This document shows positions 40,918 to 54,467 of a stretch of 64,000 nucleotides of DNA, piece by piece. Within the stretch, counting starts at the first letter, position 1, and the number at the start of each line of letters is the position of its first letter. The position numbers were made by a program, and so were the translations under genes. The notes below the pieces were generated by a model. It was not told the DNA's origin, ran no database searches, and was given only the letters and a program-made list of their open reading frames with translations. Source of the DNA: Octopus vulgaris (Eukaryota); assembly GCA_951406725.2 (NCBI GenBank), contig OX597826.1, positions 83,824,001 through 83,888,000 on the forward strand, written 5' to 3'.

Positions 40918-42894
40918 CTGTATATAAATAGATACATATACATATATAAATATATATAAACCTATTGGTACATGGATACACACACACACACATGTAATGA
41001 GATATACATAGTCAAATGAAGGGAAAAAATAAACCATTGAATTAGTATATTTTGATGAAGTCAATTAATAGAGTTTTCCCTCCTCCTCCTCCTCATCATC
41101 ATCATCATCCTCTTACTACTACTTGACTTCCTCTTCATTTTCTCCCCCCCCCGCCCATCCCAACAACCATCACAGAGAAATAATCATAAATGACTTTGTA
41201 TGGAATTTGAATATTGGCCTTTGGCATCATTTAAATGATTCTTCTTTTAACATTAAATGCCTACAACAAAGATACACACACACATACCTATTTATCTATC
41301 TATCTATTTACACATACACACACACGCACACACAGATAGATAGAAATATACCAGAAACACACATACACACACACCTATCTCTATATATAGATGAAGGTGT
41401 GTGTGTGTGTGCGTGTGCGCGCGTCAAACACAGAATTATTTAGCCTGAAAGCTTCATCAGAGATGATAGTGAAACTTTTAAATACATAAAACACAAAAAA
41501 TACAAATAAAGAGAAAATACTCAAAGTGTAACAAGATGAAGAACACAATTATGAAAGTTAGCCAGGTGGATGGAGAGGTAAGTATGTTGGAAGGTAGGTA
41601 GGAAGTGTGGGTAGGGTTAGCAGAAAGGAACCACATGCCTGGCGTTAAGTGCAATGTATGCAGTCCTTAAACAATGGTTAAATGTTCTGTGATAGCATAG
41701 CAGAGCTGACATCCAGACATTTACTGTTAGTATTTGGCATTGGTAAGAATGTCTCTGTCTTGTCAGGCTCAGACGGAACAACCCCAAACACCATTTATTT
41801 CAATTAATAATGTGAGAAAACTTCTGGAGTTTCACAGATTTAGCTTTTCCTAAGGGGGGGGGGGGAGATGCAGTGAAGCAGAAAGAGTAGAGACTGACAG
41901 CTACATGGTCCTGGCTGAAAAAGGTTGAACTGGATGTCCAGCTGATTAGGTCTGATAAATTAAGCAGATTAAGATGAAGAACAAAGGAGAGAGAGAAGGG
42001 AGTAAAGACTGAAACAAGAGTAACTGATGTATATGAAGCATATTTACTGAGAAGTAACTACAATGTATGAAGTGCTGTGAGTGAATTAGCAGTCATAAGA
42101 ATATATTAGCAGTCATAAGAATATATAGGAGAATGCTTTAGAATATTTGTTTCAGTTGTCTGTGCTCAGAACTGGTTATGTTGTGTGGTATAAATGTTAT
42201 GGAGTCATGCACATTGCTCCATCCTCTAAGAATAGAAAAGGGTTGAATTAGGGCCTAGAAAACTAAGAACTGTTCAAGGGTAGACATCAAAGAGCAGTAA
42301 GGAATGGTTCAAGAAATCTTACAACGTCTTTGGGGAACAACATTACAATAACAACAACAATAAAAAGAATTTAAGTAGAGTATAGATATAATTGATTGAT
42401 GGAGTTGTATGTCTTGTTTTTCCCTTTCTCTTTTCCTTTTTGTCATTTTCTTGATAAGATTATAAATCTGAGTACCATTCCCTATAACCATTGCTGAATA
42501 TTCTGTATTGATGGAAAATAACTGGTTAGTTTCTGCATATCGTTTTTATAAAAAGTTTTGATGAAGCAATTTTTATGGATGCTGCCCAGCATATATGACT
42601 GGATCGTAAATGACAGACAAGTTTACAAACATGACGCAAGATTGGTCACCATGGAACTGTTGAAACAATAGATGCAAACACACACAACCTACCTATCTAC
42701 CTAAGATACTCAGATGAAATCTTAGATTTATAAAAGTTTGACCACCACCAGCTATGAACTGAGACACTCCCACAAGGCTGAAGGAGGGAAGGCAAGACAC
42801 TGTGTGTCCTTATGACTACACAAGCCCCAAGAACGGTTACTGAAAGTATGGTACAAGCTACCAAGTCATAGGCATTTGTGTGTGATGGATAAAC

Positions 42895-43200
42895 TAGGTG
42901 TGTGTGTGTGCACATGCGCAAGTGTGTGTGTGCACATGCGCAAGTGTGTGCACATGTGCAAGTGTGTGCACATGCGCACGTGTGTGCACGCATGTGTGTG
43001 TGCATGAGTGTGCAAGTGTGTGTGTAAATATGAGTGTGTGCGCGTATGTGTGTGTGTACGTGTGAGTGTGTGTGCGCATGTGAGTGTGTGTGTGTGCGAG
43101 TGTGAGTGCATGTGTATAAGCGTGTATGTGCATGTGTGTATGAATGTGTGCGTGTATACATATATATACACACACACACACACATATATGTATATGTGTG
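42895..43200. repeat. (GT)n / TGCACA compound microsatellite
   Basis: gtgtgtgcacatgcgcaa units. Confidence 0.9.
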
Positions 43201-44035
43201 TCTTCAAAATGGAGATAGTTAAAAGCTCAGGGATATTCCTTGCCAATAATAATCTGAAAGTTATCAGAAGAACAACAAAAGCCATTACTGAGATCTCTTA
43301 ATAATTAATTTAGCTGATCGAGATTTCTAAGATAGATTGCCAGTGCAATTCAGTAAAGGAATCTCAGTTACCATAATTTGGCTCATGTTCATTTATTTGT
43401 GGAATATGGGAAGGAGAAAAATAAAGCATAAAAAAGAAATAAAATTCCAGAAAGATACAAAAAAAAGAGCACCAATTAAATATTACAGAGGGAAAAGAAA
43501 GACAAGAAACAAAGGAAAAAAACTGAAAACAAAAACAAGAAGAAAATTCCAACTTTAGCAGAGTGTAGCCTCCACTCCACGTTTTCAAGTGAATAAGTTG
43601 GTCGGCAGTAGAATATCTGTGGATGAAAATGAGGAATTGTTTAGAGTAGATTGAGGCATTGGTTTGTAGCAAATTAAGCAGCATGAAGAGAATTCTCAGA
43701 GAATTCTGATGTGTCTAAAAGTAGCAGATAAGTAAAAGAAGTAACGAAATAGTAAAAGAAGGGTAACGGCAAAGTCTTAGATATAGATTTCAAATTCCTG
43801 ACAAGTCTAAACTTTCTCTGTATTACGGTTACCGTAATGTAAACAAGATGTGTGTGTGTGAGAGAGAGAGAGAGAGAAAGAGAGTGAGAGAGAAAGAGAG
43901 TGAGAGAGAGTGGCGTTTCTCCATGAATGCAAAGCATGCAAAACATGCCAAAGACTAAGAAGTGAATGCAAATAACAAATATGATATTAATATAAAATCT
44001 TCCAAGTGACAACTTGAAAGCTGGTACCTACATGC

Positions 44036-44075
<40 letters not shown>

Positions 44076-44538
44076 ACACACACACACACATGCAGAGTAC
44101 TTCACTGAAATGGTTTTTGATTTTTAAAAATGCATGCTGTGGTGTGTGTGTGGGGGGGGGGGCGTTTGTATGTTTGGTAGAAATGGAACTCAATGCATAA
44201 AAGTAGAAAATGTATAAAATTCTTTGTCAGCAACAAAAGCTACCAAAGTCATTCAAATGCTTTGAGTCTTGTGTAAGATAGGAATTTCATAAAATTTGCT
44301 TTATATTATCTTGAAATTATGCTATACATACATTCATGTGCATGTGTGTGTATGCATGTATGCATCTACTTATGTATGTATGTATGCATGCATGCACATA
44401 TGTAAATATATATGCATATATGTAAATATGTGTGTATCTATGGATATAGACAGGCATGCATGCATGTGTGTGTGTATGTATATATACATGCATGTGTGTG
44501 TGTATGTATATATACATGTGTGTGTGTGTATGTATATA

Positions 44539-44574
<36 letters not shown>

Positions 44575-45039
44575 ATCCCATACAAGGCCGCCAAAACAGC
44601 CGAGAGGAAGAATATCCTCAAACCAAAGAACTGGCCTGAATGTTTGCACCACAGAGTAGCCTCCCCTAATGGCACCTAAGGGTTAGGGTTAGGTGCCAAA
44701 TGGTGGGAAACAAATACCACAAAGCATTTGGTCTGATATTCCTGCATTTCATCAATCCAATGGAAAGAAAGGTAAAGTTCATCTTGAAGAGCTCTGAATG
44801 CAGAGCTCAGAGGCAGAATAAATACTGCAAGATATTCTATCTGATGGTCTAATGGTTCTGCCAATTTCAATACAGGGTCACATTAATCACAATGACATTT
44901 TTTTAAGACACTAGGGTAGAATTTAAAAGAATTTGGCTGCTTTTTTATTTTTATTGAAGGTCAAGTAACTATGTAGAGATTCCTGAATGGCTTACATTGA
45001 GTTACCAGTTGACAGAGACATTACAACTAAACATAATAA

Positions 45040-46020
45040 CCAGAGGATTCCAAACCCCAGAACATTTTCTCCCTTTTATTGCACAAGTTCTTGTCACCTC
45101 AATGCACAATTGAAACTGTGTTACACTAAGAGCAAACAGTCAAGTTTATTGATAGTAAATTGATTTCCAGACGAGTGTAGATGTCTTTGTCCATCATAAT
45201 TATAACAACAGTGATGTTTATGAGTTTGGATAAGTTCATATTCTGCGGAGAGAAGAGGAATTACCCATTTCTGCACTGACCCTTAATCTGAGAAGAAAAA
45301 TCTTACTTCTCAAATGCAGGGGCAGTTTTCCTTATCAGGTTCTCCTCATGTTTTATAAATTTATCTAAACTCATGAAGTTCCCTGTATAATATTTTCCAA
45401 TACAGTCTGTCACCAGTTTCCATGGACTTTGTTTTTCACAAATTATAAGAAAAACTTTTCCATCTTGGAGTTTATTCAGAACATTTTAAATCCACTCAGT
45501 AGTTCGAAACCTTGGATGTTATATTAAAGTTTATCACAGCAACCCTGACTTTTAAAAGAAAATGGTCTTTTGGACACAATAACAAAATGGACTTGGTATT
45601 CTGTTGAACTTCTCACCCCAAGAGATCCCTTAACTTCCAAACCTATCCTTACTGTCATTTCCTACTCCTTTCTGCAACATTTTCCAATTCCTCTAATTCA
45701 ACAATATTGGTTTCTAGTAAAGTGTAAGCCATCACAATCGAATTGCTCTGTGTCTTGGCAAAAGAGTCACTTTTCATTCCAATAGTTTGAGAATTAGTAC
45801 AAAAGGATGAAAGCCATATGTTTTTGTCATACATAAAACTGGTTTCCATTCAAAATATTTTTAAAATCAAGATCTGAGACAACTGAACCTCTTAACTGCT
45901 AAATGAAGTCTAGCAATTTGCTGAGACAACAAGTGGCATTACTGTTGCTGTCAACAGGTGACAACTGAGTTGTATTTTCGTCATGTGCAATGTCAAAAAA
46001 GCAGTATTTTTCTGCCATCA
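45040..46020 (-). pseudogene. Heavily decayed coding-like segment, possibly a LINE ORF2 C-terminus
   Basis: Broken frames include DRLYWKILYRELHEF and DKENCPC; many stops; family uncertain. Confidence 0.3.
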
Positions 46021-46519
46021 CTTCATATATAATATTTTAAACACATTATCTTTTACTTATCCATGATAGCTGTGCTATTAATGTATTAATGAGTAATTAG
46101 TATTAATGAACAATTAGTGTATGTTTAATGAATCCCTTTTTGTTTTCAACAAAGCAAGCAACCATGGTAATGAGTTTGAATTTTTATACAGTAACAAAAA
46201 AAAATCAGTGCAAAGAAAGGGAGACAATTAGGAGCCGCAACAGCCATTTGCATGAAGCTTCTCTTGTGCAACGAGAAGTTGCACTTTGCAAAATGAATAT
46301 AGAACAGAAAGCATTGGTGACTCTTGAATCCCCGACTGTAGTTGGCAATGAATATTTCAGACACAGCAAAATATCATTCCTTATATAAATTCTTTGGAAA
46401 AAAATATGAAGGAAGGAAAATATGATTTATGTAAGTGAAATTATATTGTTGATATGATATATACACCATCTTATATAAAAGTACAACTGTCAAGAGAGAT
46501 AAAGCAATAATTTGCCTAT

Positions 46520-46554
<35 letters not shown>

Positions 46555-46619
46555 CATATACATAATCATTTTACATCTTTTGATAGTTGTACTTTTGAAT
46601 ATTGAAGAATTAATCAAAT

Positions 46620-47600
46620 ATGCTATTTCCTTGCATTGAATCATCTATTGTCAAATGGGTTGGTGCCAAAATGGGTTTGGCACCAAAACAGGTAAGAGTG
46701 AGAGTCAGTGAGTCTGTAACAGATTCAAGTGGAAAGGATGATGAAGTCGATAGAAAGAGGAAGTTAACAGTGGTTATGGAGGTGGTGGTGGCGTGTAAGG
46801 AATGGTGGAAGGAATTGGTGAGAGCATTGGAGTTTAGCTGATTGCTGTTAAGGGAGGCAGGCCGATACAGCTGTCATAGCAAAAAAACAGAAAAGCTGTA
46901 ATGTTGGGTCCAGTGAACTTGAAGATTTTCAAAGTAACTGATAGATAGATTGGTGTAGCTCAAGCTATTCTAATAAGCTGCTGGTGTTAGTCTGAGGAAG
47001 AACAGAAGCAGTTGTAGTTGAGAATGACTAGTGGAAGGGAAAGGAGAGCGGAGGGGTTGGGTTTGAGCAGGGTGCTGTCATCCGACACAATTATGGGTAA
47101 AGTGCCCAACATAATGTCCAATGACCGAAGAGAGGAACTTGAAAGACATGATGAGAAAAGAGTTGGTAGGGGATAGGGTGGAGAGAGGTTTTGAATAAAA
47201 TTAAAGGTGTGGTTGGGATCATGGATGTGGGATAGAAGGGTTGTAATGAAGGGTGAGAAGAGCTGGTTGAAGTACTTGGAGACTAATTCAGTGGACCCTG
47301 TAACAGATGTAGACAATGGGGAAGTGGGAACTAAGGTGAGGTAGTCTTATAAATTTGGGGCAAAGGGGGGGGGGGCAGATGGTAAGAGATGAGATGAGAT
47401 GGTGTATGGAAGTGGTTGTTAGTTGTTAATAGGAGTGGGGTGCAGGAGGACAACTGACCATAGAATATGAAGTTAAGGAGCTGTTATATAAGACTTGTAG
47501 AGGAGGTTAGACAGCATAACACCAGCATTGCTGATTGGTTTGATGACATTTGACATGCTGAAGGCAGCAGAGTACCAAAAGTTCTTCTGGTTTCCCCTGC
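46620..47600 (-). pseudogene. Decayed PLE reverse transcriptase fragment
   Basis: STELVSKYFNQLFSPFITTLLSHIHDPNH.. and YDSCIGL.. align by eye with PLE RT motifs. Confidence 0.6.
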
Positions 47601-47689
47601 AACCAATCTGTCTTCAAATGAGGACTTCATAGCACATTAATCTACATGTGTCTTTGATAACTGACATGACCTTGCATGAAACTATCTTT

Positions 47690-49560
47690 AACAGTATTTT
47701 TCCCTAATGCTTCCTGCCATACAGTACTGAAAGCTAATTTAAAAATTAATTAAATGAAAATGTAGTGGAATTTTATGCTCTGCTACCTTTTCTATTAATT
47801 GTCTGGCAATAAAGATTGCATCGGCAGTTCCTGTTCGCAACCTAAAACCACAATGAGATTTACTCAATCTTCTTTCAATTACTACTGCACATCTGATTAG
47901 TAAAATCTTACAAAATACTTTATCAAGAATTAAAAGAAGTGATATTGCTCTATGAGTTCTGAATTTAATTTATCTCCTTCCTCATGACTGAGGTTTGCTC
48001 TGATTTCTAACCAATTCCATGGTCATCTCTCTTTCATAATTATTCCATTAAATGGCCTTGTATCTTTATCACCATTTAATTAGATGCTTTCATTAGTTCT
48101 GATAGCTTCCCCATCAATTCCAGTTGTTTTCCTGTATTTTTCACTGTTTGATACAATTTAAATCTTCTTCCACAGTAATTGGTCAGAATTGGTCTTCCAT
48201 ACCATCATCAATTATTTGATCTAATTTGCATAAGGCTGCCCCTTCATGTGGACTGAGATGCTTGCTTCTCAAAATGCCTCCTGCAACTATTTAACCCATT
48301 GCTTCTTTATACTTATACCATTCTTTTACTGCCAATACCGTTTCTATACTTTGTATATATATTTTTTTTAATTTTCAATTGTCTGATTTACTGAAATAGC
48401 ATATATCTGTTATTTTCTTCAGAACTTTTATTCCATACCTTGTATTTATTAGAATTTTTTTCATTCTGTTGTCTGACAGATGCCCTCCCACCCTTTTGGC
48501 TCTTTCTTTTTATCTAATTCTCTATTTTCTTTTCTATAATTGGTGTTATGTTGAAAAGTAATCCAAAGTGATTTTACTTGGCTTCTTTTCTCACACATAC
48601 TTACATGTTAACAGAGTTTCTACTTGTTTGTTTGTTTTTTAACCAATTCCTTTTACTACCACTGAATGCACAGGATGCATCATTAAAACACTTCAAACTC
48701 CATATCAACTTCTTCTAACATCGCAGCAAACTGACCCCTGCTGAGGCTTCAAATTTCTGTGGTAAAACTTTTGTTTACAATTTTACAAAATTATAATGTT
48801 TTGGAGGTTCTTTGCTATGTCTTATGTCTTGTGGTTTTTATGGCATCCTGATGTTTGCCAGGACTAATAAATGCTCACACCCTATTTCTGCAGAACTACA
48901 TGTTCTACAGATTTCTAGATGAGATTGCCATTTGTTTGGCATTAATCTACTAAAACTTTTTGCTAGTTTGACCAGTGAAATCCACACAAAACAACTTCAT
49001 TCTTTGAGTCTTTGAGTCTGACTATTTTGTTGGAGACAATGAGTGAAGGCGCTTGCGTTAGTGGTTCGGGTATTCAGCTCACAATCATGAGATTGTGAGT
49101 TCAATTCCTAGTCTGTGCTGTGTCCTTGGGCACACTTTATTTCACATTGTTCCCGTCCATTCAACTGGTAAAAATGAGTAGGACCTGTATTTCAAAGGGC
49201 CAACCTTGTCATATCCTATGTCACACTGAATCTCCCAGAAAACCGCATTAATGGTACACGTATCTGTGGAGTACTCAGCCACTTGCCTCTTAATTTCACA
49301 ATTAGAAACAATGAAATTACTAATTACACAAAAACAAGAGTTTTGATCCTCTTTTCTTACAAATTTCAATTCCATGATTTTTTTTATCTTCAACCATTCC
49401 TTATCCTTACCATTACCAATTTCAGCATTAGAATTTTCCATGGAAAGGTTGTTACTTCTTGAAGAGGGTCAAAATTTTCATCTAAATAATGAATTTCATA
49501 ATTGGTGTCTGCTTCATAAGCAATAAAGATATTCTTTTAGCATTCAGAGATTCCATACAG
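47690..49560 (-). mobile_element. Decayed RTE LINE (APE endonuclease + RT N-terminus), interrupted by a SINE
   Basis: AISLLLILDKVFCKILL..HCGFRLRTGTADAIFIARQLIEK; MENSNAEIG resembles MGDFNAKIG. Confidence 0.8.
49045..49305 (+). mobile_element. tRNA-derived SINE family C nested in RTE
   Basis: A-box-like gcgttagtgg, B-box gagttcaattcc; internal similarity to 59128-59626. Confidence 0.8.
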
Positions 49561-49764
49561 AGATTTGTGCCAGGAGATATTTAGTACCCCCATTTGTAAC
49601 TGAATAAAGGTGCTAAGAACCCTACAAAATCAAAGCTTGCCCATCATAAAAGCCTTTGACTTCAAAAGGTTTTCATGAGAGTTTTATGAGAATTTTAACA
49701 TGGACATTTACTCAAAGAATACCAGGATGATTCATCTAAGCCACCTATTTTAGACACACACATA

Positions 49765-50100
49765 TCATCATTATCATCATCATCATCACCATCATTTAAC
49801 GTCAATTGTCCATGCTGGCATCTGGCATGGGTTGGACGGTTTGATCAGGGCTGGTAAGCTGAGGGGCTGCACCAGACTCCAGTCCCATCTGGCAGAATTT
49901 CTATAGCTGGATGCCCTTCCTAACGCTAACCACCCTGAGAGTGTAATGGGTGCTTTTTATGTGCCACCAGCATGAGTGCCATTTGCATGACACCAGTATC
50001 TGCCATGACTACAATTTCACTTGGCTCGATGGATGTTCTGCTCAAGCACGACAAAACGCCAAAAGTCTTGGTCATTTGTCATTGCCTCTGTGAGGCCCAA
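49765..50100 (-). mobile_element. RTE 3' end
   Basis: (CAT)n followed by ttaacgtc..catgggttggacgg. Confidence 0.8.
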
Positions 50101-50884
50101 CACCCGATAGGTGCTTTTTATGTGTCAAAGACAAAACAAGAAGACCTGACAGAGGCAACAAGGGACAAGTGTTGTCAAAAAACTCTGTAATACACAACTC
50201 AAAAATGTTAATGAACCCCTGCTCAATTTTTTTGACTTAACGAAGACAGATTTTTCAAATTGATCCAACAAGTAGAAGACCTAGGGTTAAACCAAGAATG
50301 CGATGGATAATATCCTTAGTGTCAGTTGGCTATGGAACCTGGGTGGAAAGTTCAATGGCCGTTGCTTCTGACTCTTCTAGAACATTTACTCTTCCTGGAA
50401 TAGTAGGTAGAGAAGATGGATGGATGACTGGATAACTATTGAGCCCTTGTTGAGTTCATCAACCCTAGTAGACATTTACTCTCTTTTGCATTGTCCATGT
50501 GTCCAACTATCCTCCACAGACCAGGGTAAGACTCTAGACTGGCGATGTCGATGGTTTCATCGCTGAATGGCTGTGTTGGTTTAGACAATGACCAGCAGCG
50601 GGTCATTATGACTTGATTAGCACAAAAATATTTATGGCTTTATCATTTTAATCTTTGAAGCTAATTAATAAACTATGCTCATACAATGTATTATTTTGGA
50701 GTGGACGCCACAAACTACATCACAGGAAACTTGTTTAAGTGAGCAGTAGCTCCAAATAAGGGCTGATATAGAGTAGCTCCTTAGTTTTGACACAGAAAAC
50801 CTCTGTATGACCAGAGACATGATAAAAGACACACATCTCATGCTGAAGTCATTTACGTCAATTATGCAAGTAGCTCTACATGTG

Positions 50885-50932
<48 letters not shown>

Positions 50933-51649
50933 ACATACACACACAGACACTGACTAATTGTGCGTTCAAGAGCTTGAACCACCTCCAAGCCAAATACTTC
51001 AGAAAATGAAGGAACTCTTTATGTAAACATGTTTACCAATCACATGTTGTTGATTCTGTGTAAATCTGAAAAGAGTTAATCAGGATAAGTTTAGGTTTTG
51101 TCATCAAGGAAATATTTCGTCTCTCCTTCGTTGCACTGAGACCTCCAGCTTTGTAATATCATAAATAATATAGGTTACATAGTATATCCACTGTTTATAT
51201 CTTTATGTTTGCACGTAAGCATGTGTGTGTGTGTGTGTGTGTGTGTCTGCACGTGCACTCATGTGAATGTGTTTTTAAACTAATACAATTCAGGAAATGA
51301 AATAGATTTCTAAAAAAAATGTTGCCACCCCCAGTGGGAATTGAACCACATAGTTCACATTTCTAGTATAGCTCAACTTGATTTCTCATTACAGAAAGTA
51401 GAAAGACGGAGGAGGAGGTACAGTATATGTTTTTCTTTTGAAATCCATTTAAATAAAAACATGAACCACAGTGAAAGCAATGGAAGACTAGAGTCTATAT
51501 GAAAGTGACTAGTCTCAAGAGTATTGGTTGATGTATGTTAATATATGTTAATGCATGCAAGAATCAAAGAAAATATGATGGAGTCTATAAGGATCATGCA
51601 ATGTAAGCATAGGATATAGGTATACATACTTGTTGAAAAACTGCTTTGA

Positions 51650-51915
51650 GCAAGTCTTGGTATGTAGTCATTGTCCAGGTTTGACTATAAATTTAAACAC
51701 TTAAGCCTTCACTCAAGGAGCTTGTGTAATCTCCCACAAAGATAGAACTGGCATTGTAAGGTAAGTGGGAGACACTGTCAGTGATATTCCATTTAATATT
51801 GGGGAAGTCATTCTGATGGTCATAGGGGTCTCCAGTTGAAGCTGTACAGGGAAGTGGAATTTCCTCTATCTCTACACCTGAAGGAGTGCATGTGCTGTGT
51901 ATATCTTTCCTTAAA
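51650..51915 (-). pseudogene. Decayed Naiad-like GIY-YIG fragment
   Basis: ERYTQHMHSFRCRDRGNSTSLYSFNW...NIKWNI parallels the 53868-54299 peptide. Confidence 0.5.
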
Positions 51916-52421
51916 ATTATTAGCTGTCATGCTGATATAGTGTCTTGAGATACCATCAGATGGTGTGAGGGTGGCTCTAAAGATTACAATCTTTGAGAGG
52001 CTAGATCCTCCCAGTGTGAAATTGGTAGAATTTCAATAGTTATAGGTTGTGGTGTGGTGTGGATTGGAGGTTGTGTAGGTGTGTGTTTGCATCTGTTGCT
52101 GTGAGGGACCACACATACTCCACCAGCCTGGAAGAATGAACCTTGAATCCATCAACAAGAAGAACAAACTATCTTGTTTCCACTAGAGGTATACCCTCTT
52201 AATGAACCCCAGGCTATTGGCAGTTGACAATCCAGAAAATCTATCCTAGGTCTATCTCTCCTACATACAAGGGCAGAGTCTTTAATACCTGCTGCTCCTT
52301 TAAACTAAAGCCCAACACATGTTGATTGACCAGGGTTAGGGTTATAAAAATATATCTAATATGTAACTCCTGCCAAATACGTTGAGTGCCACTTCTTTTT
52401 ATTAGTTCACTCACTTGTATA

Positions 52422-52481
<60 letters not shown>

Positions 52482-52645
52482 AGATAGGGGTTGAAAATTC
52501 AACCCACCATGGGATAATATATATCCAATATACTGCCAGATAGGTACCCAACAAGATTAATACATAGATGTTAAAAATTGTCAAACAATCAGTTCATCTC
52601 CATTCTCTAATTTTGTAGTATATATATATATATATATATATATAC

Positions 52646-52845
52646 TTTACGGAGATGTACTTGCATAGCAAGTGATTTGATCTGAGATCGTGTGCTGAAA
52701 CGAAAACAATTGCAGCGTGGAAGGTGTTTGTAAGCCATTTAAGAAACATACAAAAGCCGTTCAATTCACTTCAACACTTAAATTTAATTTGTCAAAATAT
52801 TTTCATCGCTTTAAGACCGCGACCTGTTCACTGACAAAAATCCGG
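52646..52845 (-). mobile_element. PLE-type pseudo-LTR fragment next to (TA)n
   Basis: Carries a hammerhead motif; lies between (TA)n and a truncated MITE. Confidence 0.55.
52788..52838 (-). ncRNA. Type-I hammerhead with G3-C8 swapped core
   Basis: tttgtca-GTGAACA-g-gtcgc-ggtcttaaa-gcgat-GAAA-ATAT-TT-tgacaaa; 7-bp stem I. Confidence 0.65.
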
Positions 52846-53078
52846 CTTTTATAAATATACTATAGTGTTTAAACTGGCCATATTTGGTTCAAATATTCTA
52901 CTTGTTTAGTGTTCAAACCAGCCAGATCCATCCTCTCACACCTACCCTACAATGTCATTCTAAAAATGAATAATCACATCATTGAAATCTCAAAACTATA
53001 AGATAATGCCTGATTAATCGAAAACAATCTGAATTACAAATCAGTACACTTGAAAGAATAATTTGGATACTAAAGGGT

Positions 53079-53113
<35 letters not shown>

Positions 53114-53170
53114 TAAATATAATGCATATAGCTATATATATATATATATGAATAAATATAATGCATATAG

Positions 53171-53217
<47 letters not shown>

Positions 53218-53304
53218 TAAATATAATGCATATAGCTATATATATATATATGAATAAATATAATGCATATAGCTATATATATATATATATACATATATAA
53301 ATAT

Positions 53305-53405
53305 AGGAGCAGAAGTGGCTGTGTGGTAAGTAGCTTGCTTACCAACCACATGGTTCTGGGTTCAGTCCTACTGCGTGGCACCTTGGGCAGGTGTCTTCTA
53401 CTATA
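53305..53405 (+). mobile_element. SINE family A 5' fragment
   Basis: tRNA-like head running to cttctactata. Confidence 0.85.
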
Positions 53406-53514
53406 CTATATATGAATAAATATAATGCATATAGCTACACATATATATATATATATACATTTATATATAAGTAAATAAATGGAGTTGAACGAAGATGTTA
53501 TTAAAATTCTTTTA

Positions 53515-53597
53515 CTTTCGACATATGTTTCGAAGACAACATTGGTTTTATTCCAGTGGAATAAACGGTGTAAAATGCAATCTTCTCATCAGGAAAG
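53515..53597 (-). ncRNA. Type-I hammerhead ribozyme, intact (3' pseudo-LTR)
   Basis: ctttc-CTGATGA-gaaga...tcttc-GAAA-CATATG-TC-gaaag; GUC site, cut predicted between 53520 and 53519. Confidence 0.88.
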
Positions 53598-53867
53598 ATA
53601 GAGAGCCTATCTCAACAACAAGACATTATAACAAATACGATGACTGCCTAAATGATAAACAGAATGTTATTAAGTATTTAAAAAAACCGTTAGTAGATTT
53701 AACGTCAAAGGCAGATACTAGAAAGAGAAGGGTTAAAGAAATAATAAGTAGAGAACAATTAAGAGGGATACGTTGGTTGAAAAATGTTCAAAGGCTTAGA
53801 AGCAGATTTCTCTATTGAAGTAAAGTACAAGTTAAACTAACTGTTCAAACTATAAAGACTGGCGAAA

Positions 53868-54390
53868 TCACTTATATGAGCTAAAGGTATGTTTCTGCCA
53901 GCGCTTACATTTGTAAGATCGCTCTATAAGTGTGTTAATAAGGTGATTCTTAGAGAAGAGAATATGGAAGAGTTCAGAGTTGCAAATGTTACAAAATCCC
54001 TTGCCCTTATCGTAAGGAAAAGATATGGACAGGATGAACCAATCTAACTTAAAATCTTTATTATTGTCTTTAAGATGCCAAACCAATTTACTTTGCCCTG
54101 TACTAAGGTGTTTACTGCTATCCCTAAATGATAAATAATGATTGGAAATTCTCTTAGATAACTGGGAAGAGGATGCGCCTATGTAGAAGTAGACATCAGT
54201 ACCACAAGAAATTTTACACTGGTATATAGAATTCTTGATCTTAGAATTATTAGACATGAATTTAATTCTGTTGGGGTTGTCCTCAGAGACCAAAACCATG
54301 TTTTTATTGCTATCATTATTATTAATATTATTATTGTTAATACTATTAATATTATTATTATTAATAATAATAATAATACTGTTATTATTA

Positions 54391-54425
<35 letters not shown>

Positions 54426-54427
54426 AC

Positions 54428-54467
<40 letters not shown>

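Noticed and set aside
41430-41466. Minus-strand CTGATGA-agc..gct motif
   Set aside because: No GAAA, stem III or stem I partner remains.
53495-53818. Duplicated plus-strand ORFs MLLKFFYF.. and MLIKFFYF.. (56671)
   Set aside because: Antisense reading of the hammerhead-bearing pseudo-LTRs.
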